64,000 bases of DNA from an uncultured Verrucomicrobiota bacterium (GTDB taxonomy: Bacteria > Verrucomicrobiota > Kiritimatiellia > RFP12 > UBA1067). Below are positions 34,401 to 44,905 of this stretch, in pieces; within the stretch, counting starts at the first letter, position 1, and each line of letters starts with the position of its first letter. A program made the position numbers and the translations under genes. Location of the stretch: contig CAMNLW010000001.1 in assembly GCA_946544115.1 (NCBI GenBank), positions 16,392 to 80,391 of the forward strand, in the 5' to 3' direction. Below the pieces are notes generated by a model. The model was not told the DNA's origin, searched no databases, and saw only the letters and a program-made list of their open reading frames with translations.

Positions 34401-34757
34401 TCTCTCTCTGCAACAGGTGAAAAGAACATGACCTATTACGAGGCGCCTATGGAGCAGCCGTTCTTCCACGTTCGCTCGATTGTTTCCTCCGTCTCGATCA
34501 ATCCCGGGTCGACGATTGTCATGGGCGGTCTTATAACCGAGAGCCGTCAGGCTATGGACGACAAGGTTCCGTTCCTCGGCGATCTGCCTTTCGTCGGCAG
34601 GCTCTTCCGCAGCCATGCAGAGCAGACGATCAAGAAGAATCTCCTCATCTTCGTGACGAGCCGTCTTCTCGACGTCCGCGGCCGCGAGGTCGCGGCCGGC
34701 AGTCCCAACGATGGAGAAACGGGCGTCAAGTCAGCGCCTGAGGCTTCGGCGAATTGA
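31488..34757 (+). CDS. secretin (GspD/PilQ family; Amuc_1098-type) with an acidic EEPAx repeat and a helical TPR-like N-terminal region
   Basis: The C-terminal secretin signature is GSTIVMGGLITE...KVPFLGDLPFVGRLFRS...KNLLIFVTSRLL. Signal peptide MTNLKKTAAVSVAAAVIACVPFAFA. The track start is TTG 31464; ATG 31488 has AAGGAG 13 nt upstream. Confidence 0.9.
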   Translation: MTNLKKTAAVSVAAAVIACVPFAFAQDDLDDLLKDLESDLAAETAPAEAVAPATVEEPVAEEPTAEEPVAEEPAAVEPVADEPAQEEPAAEEPAVEEPAQEEPAVEEPATEEPAVVAPAAEEPVAVEPAAEEPAVEEPAAAEPEPAVVDAGPVAVAPVPAPAAAPVDPDAELLDNLRTTERLRREAYDEQAKREIVAARKSMSEGAYDDATRAYGNALKLLNDSPATKDLRRECEQGIAEGQYRQALEEERLGRRENAVEMMEKAKALRHPKARRQLEAWNKTTDPNANKTAISDVRHRRNDADYKAQREKNRRHLRRARQLLSVRDIDKALDECELVLVNDPYNQEAIRLRGAIQKKRALILNQEFNVTRDAMIADVDKAWRPVYAPNARQLEESASSTLKRSVGDDPERSVEQSIIQRMKEIVLPTISFKPPATIIQAIETFRTYSKDFDRPDIPLEERGFNFVVKMPDALLSKTSEQSADDSDDFSSTGDETDSSQAGVPIIPMITANAISFYDALKLVCDSVDYKFQVKGPVVMVMHKDQAIDEMITRQYPVMAAFMEKMDTVSNDVKEMGLGFGGGRSNSRGGDSEEENKEQDWKGVFSALGVQWPEGSTIFYMKATGKLYVKNTEENLAELEKALIALNAEQKLIEIEARFVEVSQQDLNSLGFEWILNSNYTLGSGGWLGRKLGMKKGGWGEGYKAQTQPIPVKNADGTISSVDTTTYTGDGNTSWRKTGLVNGTPTRLNSGIAGINSMGGENATFGDVNRYLSRTGNAVSGQDQSSNDQFMKVNAFLGSADLSMILHMLSQRTDTDLLSAPKVLTRPGENAVIKVVTEYIYPTDYNVQLQSSSSSGSSSNGGSQSAILAVVEPEQFETREVGVILDVTPTLTDDGNLIDLKLDTKVVDEPTWKNYGMKIPYSGNSSSLQSFEGIGEIFSSLAELITDVGGELTTSTRQMIVDNATSSAISAMDSLSATGEKNMTYYEAPMEQPFFHVRSIVSSVSINPGSTIVMGGLITESRQAMDDKVPFLGDLPFVGRLFRSHAEQTIKKNLLIFVTSRLLDVRGREVAAGSPNDGETGVKSAPEASAN
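31653..31922 (+). repeat. 15-nt periodic coding repeat: 18 consecutive EEPAx-type pentapeptides in the secretin
   Basis: EEPVA EEPTA EEPVA EEPAA VEPVA DEPAQ EEPAA EEPAV EEPAQ EEPAV EEPAT EEPAV VAPAA EEPVA VEPAA EEPAV EEPAA AEPEP. Confidence 0.9.
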
Positions 34758-34759
34758 CG

Positions 34760-37354
34760 ATGGTGCGCAAAGTTTCCATACTTTGCATGGTGGCGTCGCT
34801 GCTCTTCTCTTTGAAGGCAGCGACGCCGCTTGTCACACAATACATAGCACCTGTCGATAAACCTACTTGGGAGGACCGCGTACTGACGGGTGAATATGGT
34901 ACTGGTGCAGGTTTCAAATATAGTGCTGTGAAATCGTTATGGGGAGGAAATACATGGTATAATTTTGCGATATTTGTACAAGGTACGGATTTTGCTGATT
35001 CATGTTTTCTTGCATGGTCGAATTGGCTTAGGTTTACGGTGGATGGAAATCAGCTTCCGCTTGATAACCCATACACATGGACCCGTTCTGTTCAATCCAA
35101 AAAGCGGTATCTTTATTATCCGAAATTCAACGCAAGTGGTGCATTTGATAGTTCATCGTCGGCCGGCCACAAAACCGTCAAAACTACCGTAGGAGCGAAC
35201 CTACATCAGTTATTTGATTTGAATGGTTCTGATGCAACTTCTACTGGTGCAGCATACGTGCAGTGCGTCCATACCGACTGGGTTTATAAAGTGACCTTCG
35301 ATGCAAACGGCGGTAGCGGTACTATGGGCAATTTTGTGTTTACGAATTCCGCCGCGCTGCCTGCGAACGCATTCAGCAGAACGGGATATGATTTTTCGAG
35401 ATGGAATACGCGGGATGACGGATCGGGCACGTCCTACGGTGATGAGGCTGAGGTTCAAACGGATATTGATCCTTTACACGCCATCTGGTCTGCGAAGAGT
35501 TACAACATAACATTCTCGGGCGAGGGTGCTACAACCGAAGGAAAGCGCAGCTGCACGGTGAAGTATGACGGGAGTCTTGTTGACATGTCGTCGCCGGATC
35601 TGCCCAAGCGCACGGGATATGAGTTTGGCGGATATTTCTCCAAGCCGGAAGGTAAAGGCAAGCAGTGGTATTCGTCGACAGGGGAAGCCGCCGATGATCC
35701 TTGGAATGTTGCCGGCAATACTACATTATATGCCAATTGGATTGGTGCTGAATATTATGTCACGTATGCTAAAGGCGGCGATGATGTGACGGGAATAATG
35801 GATCGTCAGACTTTCATATATGGTAAGCCGCAGAAGTTGCTTGCGAACAAATACGAGCGTGAAGGCTATAATTTCATCGGATGGTCGGCGCATGAAAATG
35901 CGTATGTTGACTATGTCGATTGTGCGGTGGTAAGCAACCTTACTGACGTAGCCAAGGCAGACATTGTCCTTTATGCCATTTGGGAAAAAATAAAACCGCC
36001 GGAGACGGTTGCTGTAGTGTTTGATGCGAACGGCGGAGTGTTTGCTGCTGAGGCTGCCACCTATGAGCGCAATATCATCCTGGGTGGCAGGTTTGAATCT
36101 CTGCCTATGCCGACAAACGCCAACAATTCTCTGTTCTTTGCCGGCTGGTGGACATCGACAAACCCGGTCGATCGCGTTCAGATACTTTCCACAAACATCG
36201 TCGACGCCGCAATCACCAATCTCTACGCGCGGTGGAAGGCGGTTGTTTCTCCAGATTTGACTTTCAACCTTGCCGACGGCAAAACATTGACAAACGTTAC
36301 AGCCGTCATAGGCGACGAGTTCGGCAGGTGGTTCCTTGATCCTCCGCCGCAATACACTGGCGGTTACAGGCATTTCGGTTGGTACAGGGCAGACGGCAGC
36401 CGCGTTGAAGAGAATGATATCATAGAAGGAGACGAGACGCTGACCGGGCGTTGGACGCTTGGTGCATTCAACGATGCGTGGAACTGCGCGAATGTTCAAT
36501 TTGAAACGAGCGGCGAAAACGTTTCGGGCTGGGCTATGGACGAGACGAACAAGGTCGCGCGAAGCGGTGACGTATCCGGTCTTGGAACTGATGTGGAGGC
36601 AAAATCCTATCTCTTCATGAAGCCGGCGGTTGCAGGAACATTGTCCTTGAAACTTAGAACGTCATGTCTGCCTAAGCTAGATAATCAATGGCTCGCCTGT
36701 CTTGACATCAACAGTGCAACTAATCGTATCGGGGGGCCGGAATCCTGTCGAGACGTAAGCATACCTCTTGACGGCGACGCCACTTTTTATCTGAACTACT
36801 ATCAATTGGGCGGTTACGATAGCGTGGACTATACTGTAGAAGACTGTGCCTGGGCGAGCGACTTCAGCTTTGTGCCCGAAAACCCTCTCTCTGAATGGAC
36901 GGCGCTTGCCGACAAGACGCTTTCGGCGAAGACGGGCGGCTCGGCTCAATGGGTTGTTGCAGACGACGGCGATTCGCTCGTCATAACGAACCTGCCGGAT
37001 GCGCGCTCTGCATGGATCACGCTGGAGACTTCCAAGAGCCGCGCCGGCGTTCTTGAGTTCAAGTGGCGGACAAGCTGCGAGGATGGTTATATCGACACGA
37101 ACGGCGTGTACCAGGTGTGCGACAGGCTGGAGTTCCAGGATGAGCGCGGTGAAAGGACGCTTCGCATTGAAGGCGTGATGTCGGACTGGGAGAGCGTCGT
37201 ATGGACGAACAGCGTCGAGTCGGCTCATACCTTCACATGGCGCTATGTCAAGGACGGCGATGCTTCGGCCGGCGACGACGCGGCCTGGATCAAGGATGTC
37301 AAATGGACTCCTTTCCCGCCGGAGCCGAAACCTTTCCGCGTCCTCATCTGGTGA
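34760..37354 (+). CDS. secreted protein with Listeria-Bacteroides (Flg_new / InlB B-repeat) repeats and two C-terminal jelly-roll-like modules
   Basis: Five to six repeats of the VTFDANGGSGTM..F.R.GY.F.GW type. The C-terminus has two ...FKWRTSCE..D.L.F...W.YVKDG....DDAAWIKDV-like modules. Signal peptide MVRKVSILCMVASLLFSLKA. The track start is TTG 34754, which overlaps the secretin stop. Confidence 0.85.
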   Translation: MVRKVSILCMVASLLFSLKAATPLVTQYIAPVDKPTWEDRVLTGEYGTGAGFKYSAVKSLWGGNTWYNFAIFVQGTDFADSCFLAWSNWLRFTVDGNQLPLDNPYTWTRSVQSKKRYLYYPKFNASGAFDSSSSAGHKTVKTTVGANLHQLFDLNGSDATSTGAAYVQCVHTDWVYKVTFDANGGSGTMGNFVFTNSAALPANAFSRTGYDFSRWNTRDDGSGTSYGDEAEVQTDIDPLHAIWSAKSYNITFSGEGATTEGKRSCTVKYDGSLVDMSSPDLPKRTGYEFGGYFSKPEGKGKQWYSSTGEAADDPWNVAGNTTLYANWIGAEYYVTYAKGGDDVTGIMDRQTFIYGKPQKLLANKYEREGYNFIGWSAHENAYVDYVDCAVVSNLTDVAKADIVLYAIWEKIKPPETVAVVFDANGGVFAAEAATYERNIILGGRFESLPMPTNANNSLFFAGWWTSTNPVDRVQILSTNIVDAAITNLYARWKAVVSPDLTFNLADGKTLTNVTAVIGDEFGRWFLDPPPQYTGGYRHFGWYRADGSRVEENDIIEGDETLTGRWTLGAFNDAWNCANVQFETSGENVSGWAMDETNKVARSGDVSGLGTDVEAKSYLFMKPAVAGTLSLKLRTSCLPKLDNQWLACLDINSATNRIGGPESCRDVSIPLDGDATFYLNYYQLGGYDSVDYTVEDCAWASDFSFVPENPLSEWTALADKTLSAKTGGSAQWVVADDGDSLVITNLPDARSAWITLETSKSRAGVLEFKWRTSCEDGYIDTNGVYQVCDRLEFQDERGERTLRIEGVMSDWESVVWTNSVESAHTFTWRYVKDGDASAGDDAAWIKDVKWTPFPPEPKPFRVLIW

Positions 37355-37365
37355 CGGAGCCGTCG

Positions 37366-37908
37366 ATGAAGCGCGTGGCCATAACGGGCGGCATAGCATG
37401 CGGCAAATCGCTCGTCGCGAAGTATCTGAACGAGATGGGATTCGCGACGGTCGACGCCGATGATATCGCCCACGAGCTCGTTCCTCCAGAGGAGCGCGCG
37501 CGCCTCGCGAAGATCGTGTTTCACGACCCCGCCGCGCGCAAGGCTCTTGAGGCTCGGCTTCATCCGCTCATAAGGCAGCGGCTGCGCGAGCGTATCGCCT
37601 TGGCCGCCCCTGCGCCCGTCATAGCCGTGATCCCTCTCCTCTTCGAAGTGCACTGGGACGAAGATTATGATATAATATGCTGCGTCACGTCGGAGAAGGA
37701 GACGCAAATCTCCCGGATGATGACGACGCGCGGCTACACGCGCGACGAGGCCGAGGCCCGGATAGCGGCGCAGATGCCGCTGAAGGAGAAGGCCGCGAAA
37801 TCCCAATTCGTAATCGCGAACGATGGGTCGCCCGACGACCTGCGCGCGGCGGTTGCGCAGTTTGCGGAATGGCTTGATTCCCAGAGCCACGGCGAGTCTG
37901 AAATCTGA
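37366..37908 (+). CDS. coaE: dephospho-CoA kinase
   Basis: [39 protein letters not shown]. The 180-aa length is typical. The track ORF (37201) extends upstream into the preceding gene. Confidence 0.88.
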   Translation: MKRVAITGGIACGKSLVAKYLNEMGFATVDADDIAHELVPPEERARLAKIVFHDPAARKALEARLHPLIRQRLRERIALAAPAPVIAVIPLLFEVHWDEDYDIICCVTSEKETQISRMMTTRGYTRDEAEARIAAQMPLKEKAAKSQFVIANDGSPDDLRAAVAQFAEWLDSQSHGESEI

Positions 37909-37996
37909 GAATGAGGCGGGGCCTCGAAACCCCAGACAAACGCCGGGCCGTCGCGGCCCGCGACAAATCAACGATTCGCAAGAAGGAGCGAAAGCA

Positions 37997-39612
37997 ATGT
38001 CAGAAGAACTAGATGTATTCGCCGGCACGACCGCCGCGGCGAAGCAGACCCATCCTGAGGCCGACGCCTCTGCGACCGACGCCGAGGCGCAGCCGTCTCC
38101 CGACACGCCCGCAGATGGCGAGGCGGAATCATCCGGCGCGGGCCGCCAGTACCAGCAGCGCCAGGGAAAGAAGTTCCACAACGGGCGCAAGCAGTACCAG
38201 CGCCAGCAGAAGAACAACTCGCCGATCCGCGGCGCGAACGGCGAAGAATCGGTGAACCCGCTTCTCAATGCGCCGCTGCCTAAAGAGCAGAAGGCTCAGG
38301 AGAACGAGCCGCCCGCGAACCCCAACCGCAACCCCGAGCTGCCCGAGTACCGCCTTGCCGACATCCAGACCTGGCCCGCGCCGCAGATAGTCGAGCGCAT
38401 GATGCCCGGCGCCGATCCCGAGGAGCTCGGCACATACCGCAAGCACGAGCTCATCTTCGCGGCCATAAGGGCGTACCTCAAGAACGGCGGCGCGGTTCTC
38501 GCCTCGGGCTGCCTTGAGATCATGCGAGAGGGCCACGGCTTTCTGAGGTCGGCGAAGAACAACTTTCTCGCCTGCCCGGAGGATGTCTTCGTCACCCAGC
38601 AGCAGATTCGCCGCCACGCCTTGAGAACCGGCGACGTCGTCGAAGGCCCGATACGCGATCCGCGGGACCGCGACCGCTTCTTCTGCCTTGGCGGCGCGAC
38701 GCTCGTGAACGGGAAGGAGCCTTCGGCGGCGGCCCGCGTGATCCACTTCGAAAACCTTACGCCCACCTTCCCGACGAGACGCATCATCCTTGAAACCGCG
38801 CCCGACGAGTTCTCCACGCGTGTCGTCGACATGTTCACGCCCATCGGCTTCGGACAGCGCGGCCTCATCGTCGCGCCGCCGCGCGTCGGCAAGACCGTCC
38901 TTCTCCAGAAGATGGCGAACGCGATAACGGCCAACCATCCTGATGCAATCCTGATCGTCCTTCTCGTGGACGAACGCCCCGAGGAAGTGACCGACATGCA
39001 GCGCAACACCAAGGCGATGGTGCTTTCGTCCACGTTCGACGAAGAGCCCCAGCACCACGTGAACGTCGCTGAAATGGTTATCGAGATGTCGAAGCGCCAG
39101 GTCGAGAACGGCCGCGACGTGGTGATACTTCTCGACTCCATCACTCGTCTCGCGCGCGCCTACAACACCGTCCAGCCGCACTCCGGCAAGATATTGACCG
39201 GCGGTGTCGACGCGCTCGCGCTCCATCGCCCGAAGCGCTTCTTCGGCGCGGCGCGGAACATCGAGGGCGGAGGCTCGCTTACGATCATCGCGACCGGCCT
39301 CGTAGACACAGGCTCGAGGATGGACGAAGTGATCTTTGAAGAGTTCAAGGGAACGGGCAACATGGAACTCGTCCTCGACCGCGGCCTTGCCGACAAGCGG
39401 ATATTCCCGGCGATCGACATCGACAAGTCCGGCACGCGCAAGGAAGACCTCCTGCTCGACCCGCTTGAGCTTGAGAAGACGTGGAACCTCCGCCGCGTCC
39501 TCTCGGACGTCGGCCCCGAGTCCGCGATGAAGAGCGTTCTCAACTCTCTCAAGAAGACGAAGTCCAACCCGGAATTCCTCCTCGCGCTCGACCTCAAGAA
39601 CCTGATGCATTG

Positions 39613-39613
<1 letters not shown>
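37997..39613 (+). CDS. rho: transcription termination factor Rho with a ~117-aa disordered N-terminal extension
   Basis: Near-identical blocks to E. coli Rho: GFGFLRS-like [96 protein letters not shown] lies 8 nt upstream of ATG 37997. Confidence 0.95.
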
Positions 39614-42398
<2,785 letters not shown>

Positions 42399-42402
<4 letters not shown>

Positions 42403-43979
42403 AGACGCTTATCGCCAACGGTACCATTGTGGACGGGACGGGCGCCGCGGCTTTCGCGGGCGACGTTGTCGTCGATGGCGACAGAATCGCCGACGTGCTC
42501 CCGCGCACGCCGCCGCGCGGCTCGTTCGACCGCGTGATCGACGCCTCGGGCTGCCTGGTCACTCCTGGCTTCATCGATGCTCATACGCATTCGGATGCAT
42601 ACCTTGTGATCGAGCCGGACGCACCGTCGAAGACAACCCAGGGCGTGACGACAGAGATCAACGGTCAGTGCGGCGGCTCCGTCGCGCCGCGCTACGGCGA
42701 GGCGCGGCTCTCGGGAGACTGGGCGGCCGTTCTTGGCGACCGCCTCACTTGGCGCTCGCTCGCGGAATACCGAAACGTTCTCGGCGCCGCGAAGCCTGCC
42801 GTGAACACCGTGCAGTTCGTCGGCCACAACACTCTGCGTTCGTCGGTCGTAGGCTACGCGGCGCGCGCCGCGACGCCCGGCGAGGTGGCGCAGATGAAGC
42901 GCCTGCTCGAGGCCTCGCTTGACGAAGGCGGCTGGGGGCTCACCACGGGCCTCATCTACCAGCCGGGCAGATATTCCACGCCGGATGAAGTGCTCGCGCT
43001 CGCGAAGGTAGCGGCGGAGCGCGGCGGATACTACGCGACGCACATGCGGTCGGAAGGCGACAGGATCCTTGAAGCGATAGACGAGGTTCTGGATCTCGTG
43101 CGGGCGACAGGCATCCGCGCCGAGATATCCCACTTGAAGACGAGCGGCCCGAAGAACTGGCACAAGATCGACGCCGTCCTAGACAAGGTCGAATGCGCGG
43201 TTGATGACGGCCTGCTTCTCGGGAGCGACCGCTATCCGTACTGCGCGGCCGGAACAGACCTCGACGTGCTTCTGCCCGACTGGGCGCAGGAGGGCGCCGC
43301 AAAAGCGGAATGCGTGCGGCTGGCCGACGCCGCCGCACGCGAACGCATCGTCCGCGAGATAGACGCCCTCGACCGCGACTGGTCCACTGTCATGATCGGC
43401 GGAACATGGCACGCCGACAGCAGACAGTACAGCGGCAGAACGGTGGCTGAAATCGTCGCCGCACAGTCGGCAGACGGCGGCCGGACGTCCCCCGGCGACG
43501 CGATCTGCCGGATTCTCGCTCTCGACGGATGCAAGACTGGCGCGTTCTTCTTCGGCATGAGCGAAGAGAATCTGGACAAGATATACCGCCGCCCTTGGAT
43601 AGTGCCGGGAAGCGACGCGTCGCTAAGGGCCCCCTGGGGGCCGCTCGGCGCGGACCATCCCCACCCGCGCGCATATGCAACAATGCCCGAATTCTACAGG
43701 CGCGTCCGTGCGCTCGGCTTCACGCGCGAAGAGACGGTCGCGCGGATGACGTCCGTCCCGGCGCGACGCTTCGGCATCCGTGCGCGCGGGGTGGTGGAGA
43801 AGGGTGCGTTCGCCGACATCGTCGTCTGGCGTGAAGATGATTTCAAGGCGAATGCGACCTATCTCAAGCCGCATCAGTTCACCGGCGGCGTGAAGTGCGT
43901 GATGGTCAACGGCGTCGTCCCTTACAAGGACGGGGTTTTCACCGGCGAGCGCGGCGGCCGCTTCCTGGAGCGCGCGTAA
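42399..43979 (+). CDS. N-acyl-D-amino-acid deacylase (D-aminoacylase) family amidohydrolase
   Basis: LIANGTIVDGTGAAAFAGDVVVDGDRI..DASGCLVTPGFIDAHTHSD, and later HMRSEG and ISHLK. The start is uncertain. I chose TTG 42399, which overlaps the uvrA stop and gives MKTLIANG. GTG 42369 and upstream ATGs are alternatives. Confidence 0.75.
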
Positions 43980-44667
43980 GCGCGCCGCCGTTCGAAGCGG
44001 TTTTGCCGCACGTCTTGGCCGCGGCGGGGCATAGGCGGATTATGGGACATCCGTCGCACTTCGGCCGCACAGGGCCGCAGCGCGTCTGGCCGAACGATAC
44101 CAGATGGCTGTTCCAAGTCTTCCAGTATTTGACGGGCAGAATCTTTCGAAGGGCCATCTCGGTGTCGAACGGCGTTCTTGTCTTGACAAGGCCGAGCCTG
44201 TTGCATATACGGTGGACGTGCACGTCCACGCAGATTGCAGGCAGGTCGAATCCCACGGCGACGGTGAGATTGGCCGTTTTGCGTCCGACTCCCGGCAGTT
44301 CGCAAAGCTCCTCGACGGTGTTCGGCAGAACGCCGTCGAATTTTTCTTTCAGCACGTGCGGCAGTTCCTTGAGGTGGCGCGCCTTGTCGTGATAGAAACC
44401 GACGGGGTATATGAGCTTTTCAATCTCGTCCTGCGAGAGGCGTTCAAGGTCGGCCGGTGCAAACCTTTCGCCGCGAGCTTTTGCGAAAAGACGCTGAACG
44501 GCGCCGGTCGTGCACTGGTCCTTCGTCCGCGCCGACAGGATCGTGCCCACGAGCACGCAGAAGGGGTCGTGCGTCTGCGCCTCGATAAGCTCGATAATCG
44601 GCGATGCATGGGCGGCAAACTCCTTCTTAAGCGCCCGATCTACGGCAGGGATGTCATTTACGGTCAT
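43939..44667 (-). CDS. nth: endonuclease III (HhH-GPD with a [4Fe-4S] cluster loop)
   Basis: LPGVGRKTANLTVAVGF..AICVDVHVHRICNRLG. The cluster motif CGPVRPKCDGCPIIRLC has C-x6-C-x2-C-x5-C spacing. This is the only convincing minus-strand gene. Confidence 0.9.
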   Translation of the reverse strand: MTVNDIPAVDRALKKEFAAHASPIIELIEAQTHDPFCVLVGTILSARTKDQCTTGAVQRLFAKARGERFAPADLERLSQDEIEKLIYPVGFYHDKARHLKELPHVLKEKFDGVLPNTVEELCELPGVGRKTANLTVAVGFDLPAICVDVHVHRICNRLGLVKTRTPFDTEMALRKILPVKYWKTWNSHLVSFGQTRCGPVRPKCDGCPIIRLCPAAAKTCGKTASNGGALTRAPGSGRRARR

Positions 44668-44673
44668 GGAAGT

Positions 44674-44682
44674 ATTCTATCA
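44674..44682 (-). promoter_or_regulatory. candidate extended -10 (TGaTAGAAT) for nth, predicting a leaderless mRNA
   Basis: The minus strand reads ATTATGATAGAATacttccATG, so only 6 nt separate the -10 from the nth ATG. Confidence 0.45.
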
Positions 44683-44699
44683 TAATCGCCGCCGCCTCG

Positions 44700-44863
44700 T
44701 AAAGTCCGGGCGAGACTTGCGCAAAGTCTGGGCAAGACTTGGGCAAAGTCTGGGCAAGACTTGGGCAAAGTCTGGGCAAGACTTGGGCAAAGTCTGGGCA
44801 AGACTTGGGCATAAGTCAGGCAGGCTTAGGGTGAAACCCAGGCAGGACTTGGCTAAAGTGCAG
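44700..44863. repeat. tandem 22-bp repeat made of alternating 11-bp half-units, forming phased overlapping palindromes
   Basis: Four perfect copies of GCAAAGTCTGGGCAAGACTTGG at 44721-44808, with degenerate copies at about 44700-44720 and 44809-44863. The cores AAGTCT and AGACTT are reverse complements spaced by GGGCA. Confidence 0.9.
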
Positions 44864-44888
44864 CCGAGAGCCGAGTTCGGACGATTTT

Positions 44889-44897
44889 TGGTATAAT
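44889..44897 (+). promoter_or_regulatory. candidate extended -10 (TGgTATAAT) for rmuC, predicting a leaderless or near-leaderless mRNA
   Basis: TTTTTGGTATAATagaggcgtATG: 8 nt separate the -10 from the ATG. Confidence 0.5.
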
Positions 44898-44905
44898 AGA
44901 GGCGT

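Noticed and set aside
37201-39612. Long upstream extensions of coaE (37201), rho (37823) and uvrA (39481) given by the longest-ORF track. The same applies to 57185, 58110, 11660 and 49068.
   Set aside because: The extensions overlap the preceding genes, encode Arg/Pro-rich sequence, and precede internal ATGs that have Shine-Dalgarno sites and family-typical N-termini.
44721-44808. Possible CRISPR array.
   Set aside because: The repeats are directly adjacent with no spacers, the unit is only 22 bp, and there are no cas genes in the window.
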